Assembly (NCBI GenBank): GCA_028023455.1
Contig: JAQFVV010000007.1
Span: forward strand, 7,874,001-7,938,000
Direction of reading: 5' to 3'
DNA length: 64,000 nucleotides
From: Epiperipatus broadwayi
Lineage: Eukaryota > Animalia > Onychophora
Every line of letters starts with the position of its first letter. The first letter of the stretch is position 1. Made by a program: the position numbers and the translations under genes. This document shows, piece after piece, positions 1 through 14,129 of the stretch. Below the pieces are notes generated by a model. It searched no databases. It saw only the letters and a list, made by a program, of their open reading frames with translations, and had not been told where the DNA came from.

Positions 1-320
1 ATTGTTGGACTATAACTAAATTATATGCAGCTGCTTTATCTCAATAATTTAAATTTTGCAATTTGTACCAAAATTTTTTGCTAGTAGATATTTTCATAAA
101 ACCAAACAATATACAATAATACATATAAGAAAATATCATAATGCATATTACTGGCTGAAAATAGATAGGAAACACTCAAATCACTCACCATGATGTTAAA
201 ATATTTCAGAAATGCTCTCTGTGAATAAATGTAAAGTCTAAACCTGACATTATATTTATTCATAGATGGAATTGATGAAATATCTTAACATCCTGAAAGG
301 TGATTTGAATGTTATATATA

Positions 321-357
321 TATTAATACTGAGTGTGAACAAGCTTTTCCAAATATA

Positions 358-393
<36 letters not shown>

Positions 394-423
394 TACTGAG
401 TGTGAACAAGCTTTTCCAAATAT
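321..423. repeat. Identical 36-bp duplication separated by a (TA)n tract
   Basis: tattaatactgagtgtgaacaagcttttccaaatat at 321-356 and 388-423, with a TA microsatellite between. Confidence 0.9.
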
Positions 424-425
424 CA

Positions 426-476
426 TTATCCCCAGATCAATTTCTAACTGTTGGCTGTTGTCAGTGAGGCACTAGG
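426..476 (-). ncRNA. Degenerate type I hammerhead ribozyme, family H2
   Basis: Reverse strand reads CCTCA-CTGACAA-CAGCCAACAGTTA-GAAA-TTGA-TC-TGGGG; about 90 bp of flank matches the copy at 40555-40640. Confidence 0.65.
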
Positions 477-750
477 ATACTTAGACATTAGATCTAAATT
501 TACCAATATATATATATTCAGGGATGAAATGTCCATGTATTGAATGGAATGAGTGCTTCCATAGAAAAATTCACTAAAACTTTCAAAAGCTTTAACTAAA
601 ATTCAATTCAAAAATTACACTAAAATATGTACATATTTAACCTCACAAAATCGATCCAACAAGTTGCACATACAAAAGTGTAGTAATACATTAGGGTATA
701 TAAACTATTTTGCAAAAACGTAAAAAAAAAAAAAACTCAACTATTTTGCT

Positions 751-1261
751 AAACATAAAAAAAAAGAATGAAATATTCAAACTTTTTTTTTATTGTATGA
801 AATTTCTGTTGACTTTCAACTTTTTTACCAACAGTTGAATTATTTTTATATATGGCCAGGAATATATCTGACCAACTCATTATTATTGGTTGATTATAAG
901 AAGTTCACACAATGCTAAAATCTAATTTACAATTAAAAGTTAAGAATGTTAAAAGCATTTGCAAGATAAAAATATATTGATAATGTATTATCTATATTTA
1001 AACTAATCACAGTCTGATTAACATAAAAAAAGAATGAATAATTCAAACTCATTATTTTTTGAATGGAATTTCTGTTAACTTTCAATTTTTTTTATCAACA
1101 GTTGAATTGTTTTTATATAAAGCAAGGAATGAGTTTGACCAATGCATTATATGTTGATTATAAGAAGTTCACTCAATGCTAAAATCTAATTTACAATTAA
1201 AACTTAAGAATGTTAAAAGCATTTGGTAGATAAAAATATATTGATAATGTATTATCTATAT
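751..1261. repeat. Tandem duplication, ~268-bp unit
   Basis: Two diverged copies starting aacataaaaaaa(a)gaatg at ~751 and ~1020, both ending gataatgtattatctata. Confidence 0.9.
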
Positions 1262-1690
1262 TGTAATGGTCAGATATGTACATTCACATAACAAAATCCA
1301 GAGTCCAATACCCTAAAGCTGATTGAAATGGGATGGTAAGATCCAGAGTCCAAACCAAGCTCCTACTGATTCACCAGCACTCTGTGATTTAACACTATAT
1401 GAGTGACATTTCTGAAGTTACACATGGGTCTTAATTTTAATCGCAATACAGCTCCAAGCAGGGAAAAATATGAGACCCTATGGCTAACCCCACACTTGGC
1501 ACATAAAATTGGACTAAACATTTATTAATGGCTAATATAACATTGACATTTTGTATAATAATATCTGGTAATATAATTAATAAGTAAGTGGATTAAATTG
1601 GGATATGATAAAAGAATAATGAAGACAGAATAAATTTAAATACATTTGATAAAATTATTAGTGACGAAAAACAAAATAAATTAAATTACA
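1262..1690. mobile_element. Solo-LTR-like repeat (TGTAAT...ATTACA), diverged relative of the 31857 and 34834 repeats
   Basis: Starts tgtaatggtcagatatgtacattc...caaaatccagagtc, like 31857 and 34834; ends aaattaca; flanks ctatat / ctattt (5 of 6 match). Confidence 0.45.
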
Positions 1691-4600
1691 CTATTTAGGA
1701 ATCACATTGAGATCAAATAGATGTTGGCTGGTGTTATATAATGAAATGCAATTAGTCCATGGAAAGACAATATTTGGACTCATTTAAATGTATTAGCTGA
1801 CTTTCATGCTCAGTGAATAAACCATGCCTATAAGAATTTATTATGCCAATGTAATATTCATTTAATATCACAGTTTTCCAAGTGATTAATAACAATGCTA
1901 AAAAGAAATATAATTTAATTACTACAGCAATAATATTGTGATTGTTTACTAAGTTTCTCTAATATTCGAGCCTAATAATATAGCTCAATAATGATGTGAA
2001 TCATCATCCATCAAAATAAAGGTTATCTTAATTTCGGATAAATTCTGATAACATATATTATAGAGAGAACTGATCAAACTAGCCCTACATACATTCACTA
2101 TAGACACTTAAAATATGCTATAAAAGGAGAGGATTTAACAAACAGTTAATTCGCATATCTAATCAGATTTAATAAAAAGGGAGGGAAAGCATATTTACGA
2201 GGATCAGAATTAATGAAAATAACTAAATATGCCTTATTAATATCTCCCTGGCCAGAATTTTAGTATTAAGCTTAAAATCATAATTTATCAGTATAACAAA
2301 GCAAGCCATAATAATTATATATGAAATTATATTCGGAGTTGATTTAAATTATTGTAATGATTGCAAGGTGATCAGTTATTTATTAATGAATTTTAATTTT
2401 GAAACAGCAATTCAGATGTAAATTGAAGATAAAAATATTATCTTTGAGATAAAATTATTAAAATATATCTGCTCGCTAGTTGAAATATATTTGGCATATC
2501 ATCACATATCTAAATGAAATATTAAGAACTTAAATATATAAAAGAACATAGATTTCACCACAAATACAAGAGTCAAACAGAATTTAATTAACAAAATAAT
2601 TAATAAGTTTATCTCTTTAACAGGTTTGAAATAATAGATTTTACAGAGCTATTTTAATGTAAATCAAGTGAGTATTTATAATTGGTTTTATATGTTGAAA
2701 AACAAGAAAGATTTGAACTATTTGACTTTAAATCAGGCATTTATTTAAATTTACTACAGCTATAGTTTTGAAAATTAATAATTAAAGTTCATTTGATAGC
2801 TCTTGCCGTAGTCATGACGGTTATTACCTAACTCCTGGACAGCAGTTTCTCTCTTAGCTTTGTTCTCTGGATAGGCAGAAGTTCTCTACTTGAAGTAGCA
2901 TATAAAAGCGATTTACCCACTGATGAAGAGGCTGCAAAAACCAAAACAATTAAATGGGCTGAGCACTTTCGAGGTTGCAGTAGGTTTCTATCAGGAAGCT
3001 TATTACTATGTTGGCTTGTACTATTTCAGCACATAGAATAAAGATGAAGATCACCATTCCTTAGGTATGAGAACAACACAATCCACCTAACTACTCAGCC
3101 ATCCTAAAATTCAAATGGGCATGGATTCAACTTGTAGACCTTTCTAAAATTTGACTGAGTATATATGTAGCAAAAAAACTGAGCCTGTTTAGACTTGCTC
3201 ATGATGAAATTACATTTTTAATAAACAAAATTTTCCCACTTAAATGAGTAATTAGCGCCTTTAAAATTTAATATTTTTAGAGACTAAAATAACTTTTAGC
3301 TTTTGTTTAACCGATGAACAGGATGTTTTCTTATATTTGGCAATTTACTTTCCCACAAGATTTTAGCAATTGACGCGCGGTTTGCTAAATCTTGTTTACA
3401 ACTTAAAATATATTTCGACAAACATTTGTCTTTAATAAAATTTTGATTTCATCATCCCGCCATACTAAACACAGGTGTGGTGCGATATAATTTTTACATT
3501 TAAAATAATTTGAAAAATAGCAAAAGACTAAATAACAAGACGCTATATATATATGAAGCTGGAACGTGGATCTAAGTAAAATAAAGTATAAAATTGATTT
3601 ATAATTTAAACTAAATCACATCTTAAATTACACACAATCTTTTAAATATGTGAAAATTGTTGTGGCAAGTAAAATAAAAACATTATTAAAAAAAAGATGT
3701 ATTGTGCTTCCATTCCTAAAAAAAAGTAATGCTTCATCATTGATATATATATAAGTGATTCCACCTTTATTATTAAAAGGTGGGCGCCTTGAAAACAGTT
3801 TGAAATTGTTGATTGTATTGGTATTGTCTATGTGTTGACAGGTTTTAATGACATATATATATTGTACCCTCAATAATTGAAAATATAATAATAGGAAAAT
3901 AAGACTAGCTCAGATAAAATGATTATGCTCGACTAAAATACATATAATCAATAATACAGATATCCTATAATACTGTCTACTATTAAACTAGCTCTAACTG
4001 ATTAAGAAATAATAAATGGTTTGGTTTTATAAAATTAAATAAATAAAATATTAATAAATCATTAGACAATAAAGTGAAGTACAAGCAGTAAAGAATTACA
4101 TTGAGCCAATATCCCACAAGATACCATCTCAATGGCATAAGAATATTATCCCCCTATTATTTCAAATAATAATAAATTCATAGCATTCTTACGACTTTAA
4201 AATAATAATCAGTTTAATATAATGCTAATAAATAAAGCCTAATCTCTTTATTAAAATAATATAATTATAATTATCTCAGGTTCTCTAGAATAACTTTAAT
4301 CAACTTATAATCTTATGTACCTAAGTATGATAAGGGATTTTATATCATCCTCAACTACACCTAGCTAATAATGATAACAACAATAATAAATAATAATCTT
4401 CAATGAATAATTATCAATTTTATCTACTGTTCAATGTTATGGTAACTATCAATAATTATAATAATAACAATAAATGATATAATATAAGCTTTTCATTCTC
4501 ATGTGGCATCTTAAATATAATATGTAGTATAACCCGATAATCTGAGAATATGTGACAACAAATAACGTTATAATTCTATGCAATAAATTATATAATTAAT

Positions 4601-4934
4601 TATGCCCATAATAATAATAATAATGTAAAAGGAAATTTCTGAAATATATTATATTCTGAAACACTGTGATTTCTTAAGTAAATAATTATATTCATACTGT
4701 GTAAATATTATGTTTCTTTTGGTATCTGGCAATCATGTATTTGTAATAGTGAATACACAAAGTTTTATAAAAACAAGTTTAACAAAATATATTATTATAG
4801 AATTTTAACAAAAACTATATACAATATTTACAATTATATTTTAAATAAATTACATACTTCCTCAAAAAAAAAAAAAAATCAACTAGTAAATAAGCCTTTA
4901 CTCCGACATAAACTTTTGCACATTTATTTAAAAT

Positions 4935-4997
<63 letters not shown>
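4935..4997 (+). repeat. Compound microsatellite (AAC)n(AAT)n
   Basis: Direct reading. Confidence 0.95.
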
Positions 4998-4999
<2 letters not shown>

Positions 5000-5699
5000 A
5001 TACACTTATAGTTAAATATAATATCCATTAATTGACATGTTTTAAAGATGTTTTTTCGTAAGTATACACAAAAATATGAAAACATAAACTACTAAAATAA
5101 CATTCATTTTAAGATATGTTCATAGATTTTATAATAAATTAATCAAACATCTGCTATGGTAGTGCTGATGTTATCTAAAATATTTATCTTGGTTCGTTAA
5201 ATAAATAAATTGACTTGAATAAAATAATGTGATTGACATACTTTTATATACCTAGCTTGGCACTATCCTAATAAAAATCATTATGTGTGTGTTTTATGTG
5301 TGTTCTAAAACATAAAATAATATTCACAAAATATAAGTACTCATTCTATTTTATGTTGTTTCTTCTGAATGTTCTATTCTTTAAAAATATTCATTACCAT
5401 GTATAATTAAAATATTCAAAAATTATTCAAAAATCTCATGAATAATTTATTATCTCATATATTTTTTTAAAAAATAGTTTAATAAAATATGGAAATATTT
5501 ATGATTCTTTATTATTATAGTTTGCATTTACTTTCAATCTCATTTGTATTTGAGTTCAACATAAATCAAAGCAAGAAAAACCTATCTCATCTTCTTTCAA
5601 AATAACGATTCTACAATTCAAAAATTATTCATTATTTTCCTTCATAAATACAATTCTGTACGATGCAATAACTTTTGAAATTAAGATAGCAAAATGATG

Positions 5700-8600
5700 T
5701 GTAGACCCAAAGAACTAACTAGAGTATAGACTCAATAATGACATCCACTATAAAAAATAATGTCCAGGCTATTTATTCAGCTCCTTTGAACATTAAAATA
5801 CTTAATACCAAGAAAGGCACTGCCCATATAAAATATATACAAGACACAGGGCTACATTATTTGTACTTGCATAAACTACTAAAATAAAAATATGTTACTT
5901 TCTATTCCCCATAAATCCTACATACAAGCATCCCATTGGTTTCTTTTCATAGTCCCAAGGTCACTATCACTTTAAAACTTCATAATAGATTTATCAATCT
6001 ACATCGCAAAATTATCTAACATTACTCTAAACAATAAACAAGATTCACATATGACTTCAATAAAGTAACACTACTATAACAAGAAAAGGTTTATTCTCTT
6101 TCAAAAACTCAGCAATAAAAATACAAATGATTTTGTTTTCAGATATTAAAATCATTATTTTTTAATAAAAGGTTCCTCCACTAAAGAATCATATAAAAAT
6201 TATATGTATCATTAAATTATATTACATTAGTAATACAAAAGAAAAGTATGCATATCTTTTTAAAAAAATCCTAACTCATATTTCTAGAATAACAATAAAG
6301 TTTTATGTGTAATTAATGCATGCACACATATTCATATGTTCATCTGATAAGGTAATACTATAAAATATTCTGAGCAATTCTAGAAACAATAAAATATCCA
6401 TCATGTAAAAATTAATACATTTTATAAACTTAACCTAGTAACACTTATCTTGTCAGTTACTATAATTGACGTTTTCTGGTCCAATATTCCATATAAGAAA
6501 ACATATTAAATAATATTCACATTCATTCGCATTACTACCATACTTAGAAAAATGTTTATAAAATTTTACAAAGAATTAAAATATTCATTACAATATTAAT
6601 TATGTTAGATTACTAAATATTTCAATGTAATCTTCCTACCTACACTAAATAAAAAACTTAATACTATAATTAGTAAATAATGTGATAAATAAAACTATAT
6701 TTATGAAAACTCTAACCTGCCATAAAGTTAAAAAAAAATAAAGTTCTTTTCTTTCTCCTAATATTTCTTCATTAGAAGTCCTTCACAGAAGCTTATTCCC
6801 TGATGTTTGTTGCTAAGACAATAACTGTCCAACACTTGAGAACAAAAACGTTTTTTACTCCTGATGTGCATAAACTCATAAATGATAAAAAAAAAAAAAA
6901 AGAAGTGAAATCAATTTTTACAATAATTATCAATCCTTTTATGAAAATCTATAAAAATACAGTTTATTGGCTGCAGCTTTCAGGACAATAATTATTAAAG
7001 TGTGATATCCCTGGGAAAGTTTAAAAATAATCTCCAGAGCTTTCCCATTCACTAGGATCCTACATGAGCTTTCGATGCATCAGTGATGGCTATATAGATC
7101 TACATATTCGTATGAAAAATATGCATTTTGTACTTCATCCAAATGATCATTTTTATGGTAATTCAGTAAAGACATTATAAAGTTATATTTTAGTCAGGAT
7201 AATTTTATTTTTAATTACCCATTTATTTCTTTTTTTGACGAATAATTCTAAAAATCACTTTTTTAGAATATTAAAATGATTTAAGTTCTTTCTTCTAATG
7301 ATGACTTGTCATATAAAAATATATTTGCAGTACTATTGGTTTTTATATCTTTATCATCACTTCAAGATAAGTTTATAATAAGTTTTTAAAACAATATCTC
7401 TTTTAAAATATTTATTACAACTTTTTTAAAGTATATATTTTTAAAATATTAAAAATAAAGGTTTTACCATATAGTTTTTGCTTTTCAACTACAGTTATTT
7501 ATCCTTATGATATAATGCATTTAAAATACAAAAATTTTGAAGAATTTTTCTGTCTAATTTCCTTGAAAATGTCCAAAATATTAAAATAAATAATGATATA
7601 TCTTTTTTCAATAATATTTTTAAAATTGTACTTTTATTTGGTATCTGTACTTCCATCCATAATTTAATTGAATACATACTTATTTCTGGTATTAAATCCA
7701 TAGCTATTGCAAAGTTGGCTCAAGTTTTAATAGAAATTATTGGTAGGGAATTGGCTATTTTAACGACGCATGACTTTAGCTTAGTAAATTTATAATTCTT
7801 TAAATCCTTTCTTTTAAAACAATAATTTTAAGTAGTAAACTAGACAATACTTTGATAATAATATTGATAATAAAAAATAAGTTATTAAGAAAGTTATTTA
7901 GGTATTAAACACCCCCTTAACTTATTAAAAGAACACATTTATCACCCCAGAAAAATGACATCTACTTTTATACCAAAATAAATTGATGATTTGATTGGCT
8001 ATTTAGATCCTCAACTGGTGATCTAATTTACATATCACTACTATATTACACAATTAAATTTCAAAAATAAAAATCATGACTCATTAAATATATTATTTAA
8101 TTCTAAATTAATTTTATATTTTTATCTAAACAAATTAAACACTTTAAAATAACACTTTAAGATAATAATATGTTAATAACTTATCCAATATTTATTTTTA
8201 ATGTATCTATTTTTAAAATTTAACTTGATTAATTATATTTGTTTTAAAACTACAAATTAAATAATTGTTATAACATTTAGGTTTTATCCTATGATATAAA
8301 AAATGTTTCAATTTTTTTACCAATTCTAAAGCAATTTTTAACTATCTTTAGAAAACTTGTAAGCATAAAAGTAAGAGTATTTGTGTCACATGACTTTTTA
8401 AAAACCAGAAAGTATGTAACAATTTTTTAATTGCTGTCAGATAACAGAAATAAATTTCTAATTACAAAAAATATTGTATTAAAAATAGTAATATAATAAT
8501 AGAATTTGGAATAATAATTTTGATACTATTTAAGCTGTAATAAATTAAACAAATTTGTCCATCACAAAATATTATATTTTAAATACATAATTTGTAACAC

Positions 8601-8900
8601 AAATATTAAATATAAATTTTATTTAAAATACATTAGTTTATTTGATTTTAAGTCATTATTTTAAAATTAACTTTTAGCACTTGGTTTAATAAGACTTTTA
8701 GTATATTATTTTACTATGGCCAGTTTTCCCAACCAAACAAAAATCATAATATTTAGTTTTACTTTATTACTTTAACATATTAATATAGTTTTTATGTATT
8801 TACTACTCTCACTTTACTTTAACAAAACATTTTAAAATATTACCAACATTATGCAGTAGTCATACTATTTAAAATGCATCCTTAATTTAATTTTTTTTTA
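5700..8900 (+). pseudogene. Possible ancient, heavily decayed non-LTR retrotransposon ORF2
   Basis: Ordered faint motifs: YDFN (~6050), FTPDVHKLINDKKK (6803 ORF, resembling the PW.TP..K.LI..K linker), TFIPK (~7970), SKAIF (~8325), YAVV (~8855, the YADD position); many stops. Confidence 0.3.
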
Positions 8901-8979
8901 AAATTGACTCAAAAGACCTATCTGAATCTAGTAGAAAGGGCACAATATATACAATACAAATAAATATATATATTATAAC

Positions 8980-10100
8980 GATCGAAATGAAAGTGAAGAT
9001 CGAATCTAACCGCAAACTATGATATCTGCTCTACAAGGCGCCATCTAGGCATTTGAGCCTAGAAAAATTTATAAAGTAGGCAGATACGCGCTGTTAAGAT
9101 TCCACTTTATTTAAATATTCCGATCGTTAGCCCAAGTCACTAGCTCAGCGGAGACGCAGAGATAAAAATCTATAAATTTTATATCTTAAATATAAAAGAA
9201 TAAAAGCCCCTGCCAGAAATTAACACATAAAAATATTTATTTACGCACATATAAAATAACATTTAAATTTTGAGGAATAAATTCAACATTTTAGATTTTT
9301 ATATTAACTTTTAATTTTACATTTAACTAAGTTTCAATGAGTTTAATATTTTATTTAGATAGTCAAGTATGAATAGACTACATAGATCTGCATTTGAAAA
9401 GAAAATATGCTATCCCTATTTAACCTTAGGCTAAAATTCGCAGTCAAACTGGCATCAATTCATTTGATACATCGATGTATTCAATGTAATACGGAATACG
9501 GCAGCACCAAAAAGATTAAGAGAAGATATTGACTTTCATCAGATAGGAATATTACTTCTATCTAACGAGAAGAACAATAAAAAAAAAACTCCATAGAAAG
9601 GAACTGCGCTCTGCGTCTTATAATTCCTTCCATAGGCAAAACGGGAGAGTGCGGCGTATGAAGCGATTCTGCCAGTAGCGAATCTCCGACTACATCTACT
9701 AACTACATCAATATATCCAATCCATTGACCCAATATAACAACGACACAAATAACCTAAGATTACCCTCCCCTAATATAACTTTACAAATTTATACAGCCA
9801 TTCACGCCCGACTTAAGTTTAACATTTAAATACGTTCGCACAAATGCATTTTATAAAATTTGCTTTAAAATGTTGAGTATAGATCGGCTGCACAGATTCC
9901 ACGGTCAAAAACATCCAAATTAAACACAATCGATCAAAATACAAAATCATCAATAACGTCAATTGCAAAGGGAATACACAAGGCTCCGTGTCATTCATCG
10001 TAAAATGCCCGCATTAACATCGTTGACCTATATATTCTAATCAAATGTGAAAACTTCAACATAATCAACCGCTAACGAACCTATGCAATGTCTATACCCA
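8980..10100. promoter_or_regulatory. CpG-retaining, promoter-like region
   Basis: Many CG dinucleotides compared with the depleted flanks; GCGCCATCTAG (9038-9048, CTCF-like core); perfect palindrome ATACATCGATGTAT (9467-9480, DRE-like). Confidence 0.35.
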
Positions 10101-11084
10101 ACCTAAATTTCATCATTTAAAATTTAAACAATAAACAATTTATACAATAAGAAAGAAAAAAAATGGAAATGATTTTTATCAATCAGAAAACATATAAAAT
10201 TAAACATTATTAATTTGATTTAAAAACTTACAAGAGTCAGATAAGAGTCCATTTTTTTAATATTTAAGTTGGCTTGTTTATCAATTTATAAAACTTGATG
10301 AAAGTTCTTAATTGATTTTAATAATTGTTCATTTCATATAGCTTATGGTAGAAGAGTCCAGGTTCCTGTTTTTAATTCCCACGACGCCTCCATTGGAAGA
10401 TAATGTTCTGGAGATGGCAATAGCTGGTTCAAGGTATCACAGTCTTTTCATTTTCCTTTTTAAATAGAGAGTGTGATATGTGCGTCCTACAACCTCTCAA
10501 ACACACAATGCTGGAACTGCCGAAAAAACTGTATTTCCCTTTTTATATTAATCCACACGGATTCAATCAACAAAACGTCACTAATCCATCACTTTTGTTA
10601 GGGTCCGAGCCAAGGCTTAGTGCTTCCATTGGTCAAGCTAATTTCTCTTTTTTTTCTTATCTATCTTTCATCAGATCATTTTAATTATACAAGAGCCCAT
10701 GGCTAGCTTGCTTTTCAAACAATTTATAAACAATCATTCCCATTTACAGATTACAAGAATTAATTAATACCTGTTTTTATTTTTAAATCTTGTACTTTTT
10801 TTTTTATAAAAAAGTACGTTCAAATACTTATTTATTTGTTTTTAAAAAAAAATATTTTTAAAGTTTGGCATCTTTGCGAATATATACGCTTAACAAACAT
10901 TTTAATTTTAGCGTTTAGTTTTTTACTTTATATTTATATGAAATTTTTGGTATCATACCACATATTAGTGTTCTGCTTAAAAACATTATTCCATCCAGAA
11001 CACAAAAAAATCCTATTGAAAATTTCTAAATTCTTCAACAAAGTTTTCATCGATTGAAAGAGAAAATTCTTTCACTGAAATACT

Positions 11085-11190
11085 GAAACAGACAGATCGA
11101 AGAATCGATCTTAGTTTCATGATTGTCATTTAAGAACGGTAATTCTAAACCACTATTTACCCGCAATGAGACTTTTTCTATTCCAAGCCA
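11085..11190. repeat. Short interspersed repeat with a terminal hairpin (second copy at 29189-29300)
   Basis: tgaaacagacagatcg-N6-cgatct-NN-gtttca...acggtaattc shared by both loci. Confidence 0.7.
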
Positions 11191-12775
11191 CATAGATTTT
11201 AAGTTATTTATTTTGTGTTTGTTTAAAAAGAATTTAATGTAAAGAGTATGAGTATAAATGTCACAAATCATGATAAATAATATTCGTGTGTGTGTGGTTT
11301 GTGGATTTATATTAGCTCAATTTAAAAGTTTCAATTGCGTGTATATTTTCTTTAAATTTTAATTTTGCAAATTATACAAAGTCATTTAAAAATGCTGATC
11401 AAAAGTCACATTCCTTTGATCAGTATTTTTAATCAAAATCTTACTTGTACAAAAGGTATAGAATGATTAATTTGTACTTCGATAAATTAAGATAATGAAT
11501 GTATATTTTTGTATTCACGAATTCCGATGTAATTGTTTTGTCAATTTAGAATCATGTATTAAATTTAAAAATAAATGAGAAACGTAGAACTCTTATCAAG
11601 AAAGGCAAATGCTATTGTATAGTCAAATTAGATATTGCTGGAGGCCGAAATCAAAGGAGGCGGAGTTATGAACAAAAACTAGGCAGAAAGGTCAACCGTA
11701 GCCATCTTAAATATAATATAGACACTCTAACTTTTGACTTGGCTGTGCTTGGATCGTCTCAAGCTACAGCAAAGTAGTTGTTCCAGAGAAATCACTTCAA
11801 CCGTTATTAAGAAGTTGCCCGGTAAACTGCAATCATGATGGGCTAAGTCCAAGAAGCTGATCCCTGTTCTGCCAATTTAAATCTTTCGTACCGCTGATCT
11901 GTAATGTTTTCCGTGCTTCCAGTCTTCCAAATTCCAACATTTAAATTAACCATGCCATTCTAAGAAATTCAAAATGCGCGCCTACGTTCTTCATACATAT
12001 CACCGCAAGAAGAAAACCGGACGAAGAAAGAATGGTAACTTTTGTTACATGAACTTTTTAACTTTCCTCTCAGTAATAATTTTATATTTAATCTGTTAAT
12101 CAAAGTAATTGCATGTAAATTTCTTGCTTTCCATTTGAAAATGTTACACTAAAACCTGTCAGTAAATTTCTTCTCTAAGATTTCTGTGCTCTAGTCTTTA
12201 GATGAAAATTATTAATATTTGTGCCTACTAATAATCCATTTGTGAATACATTTATATTTTACTATTACTTATTTTACAAACAAAACGATGCCAATAATAA
12301 TATTTCTCAACTCTAATTAAAGTCAGTAAAGTTTATCTCATAATATTTATTATATTCATTTTAAAAGTAATTTTCTTTTATCGAACTAAAAATTGTTTCA
12401 TTTATGTTGAGTTGAGAAATATTCAAGTATTTTTATTGTTTCTTTTACTTTGTCATGATATTTTAATCTATACTCCAAATCTCAAATACTTAAAATAGTC
12501 TAAAATTTTATTATAATTTTTTATATATTATTACGGAGTAAGAATAATAAGTGAATATTTTTTTTTGCTATTATTACCTTCCGAACAATCTGGGGAGTTA
12601 TGGGTTTCAGAGTAAAATTAATTAATTATTACTTTTGCGATCGTTTGATTTCGCCATGTTTTATTGAATAGTTATATCGGACTGTTGCGTAGAAAATGTT
12701 ACGGAGAGAAAAGGTTTTATATAATTTCGTTTTAAAATCCACTTCCGATCACTCTTCCTCGATGTTACTGTGGCA

Positions 12776-12946
12776 ATGCCTTTACCTTCGCCTAAGTTGG
12801 CGTCTCGTTTTACTACCACATGGAGAGAAAGAAATTCTTCTCCAGGTAATCTCTTGGATCACCGGGGTTCGAAAATGAGCCCGGCTGGTTGTAGTGTCCC
12901 GGATCTACTTGGGGGCATTAAGACTTGTCAAAGTACAAGCCGCCCG
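12776..12946 (+). CDS. Candidate first coding exon of an unidentified host gene (MPLPSPKLASRF...RNSSPGNL...SVPDLLGG)
   Basis: GC- and CpG-rich open frame in a promoter-like zone; possible donor ccg|gtattc; no recognisable domain. Confidence 0.25.
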
Positions 12947-14045
12947 GTATTCCGTCAATGCACCGCAAGTTATTATTTGTAGTATACATTAATCCCTGCA
13001 ACCATCAGTACATCAGTATTATATATCATATTTTTATATAAAACCGCCTCCCATTTATCCGTATGCGCAATGGTTTGAAACTATTAAAATAAAACAACTT
13101 AATATAAACTAGTAGATAAATATTTTAAGTGCTCCAATTACTCTGATTCTCATACCAACCTGTACAACCATTTAAACACATAAATATTGGCATGAGTTTG
13201 TTAATCAGTACAAACCGATTATTGATGACTAGCAGCAATTTATTATAAATACATATGAGAGTTTTACCGTACCTGTAAATAATATTATTCAATGCTTTCA
13301 ATAACTTATTAAAAATTTATCTAACCTAATTTTGTCTCTCTTGCATTATTACTCTCGAAATCTAGTCAATCACCTGCTGTCTGTATCGACAACTTAAATA
13401 TATACATTAAATTATCAGCCGTACCAATATCCCGACTATAAGATATCTATGAAATAGCTGATTGTAGGTAATTTAGTCTGTGTTTTTCGATGAGCTAGTA
13501 AAGGGAGAACCCCGTACCGTTGTAATGTTGTCATCGGTGGGTCATGCCAGGGTTTTGGGTTTGAATTTAGTTTGCATTTTGGAATTTATTCCTAGACGTG
13601 GACTGGGTTCGAATTCGGATTACTGTGTGTGATTAGGCATGGTGATTTTTACCGGTACAATACATCGACAACATTTCAATTAAATCACCCTCTTTGTTGA
13701 GGTTAAGGTTGTAATGGAGGACTGTTGTCTTTTAAATAATAATGAGATTGTGTGTAAATTAAAGATGATTCATACATATGTATATGTAAAGAATGGATTA
13801 AACTGTATCCCCTCTTATTTACTGCCAGCTGGTTTACTAAAAATTATTTATGAAATAATAGGCTTCCATAACGATGAAATACAATGTTTTTACCAAATTT
13901 ATTTAAAATGTTTGTTTGTTTTACAATTTCAATATACTCTCTCATAATTTTTAAATCATATTTATCCTTAGTAGCTAGTATTTTAGCATTCAGAGGTATA
14001 GCCAATTTCTAAAAAACACAATTTAAAAAACAAAATAAACGTCTT

Positions 14046-14129
14046 GCATTGGTGGTCGTGAGGTCAGTGTGACTGCCTTGCACTTGCAATCAGTTGCCTG
14101 GGTTGCAGATTTGCATCCCAGCCGACACT
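14046..14129 (+). pseudogene. tRNA-Gly(TCC)-derived relic or SINE head
   Basis: GCATTGGTGGT...TGCCTTGCA...CAGTTGCCTGGGTT...ATCCCAGCCGACAC aligns to invertebrate tRNA-Gly-TCC as recalled (GCGTCGG...CCGACGC); the acceptor-stem differences are CG>CA/TG changes; two insertions. Confidence 0.6.

Noticed and set aside
189-218. 30-nt candidate micro-exon RAFLKYFNIM (minus strand)
   Set aside because: Good splice signals but too short to support without a partner exon.
3900-4700. Mitochondrial-like (NUMT) AT-rich segment
   Set aside because: No recognisable mitochondrial protein or RNA in any frame.
7495-7800. Possible UGA=Trp alternative genetic code (frames extended through TGA)
   Set aside because: TGG is used for Trp in the TE ORFs, TGA stops are explained by CGA>TGA decay, and no long frame is rescued.
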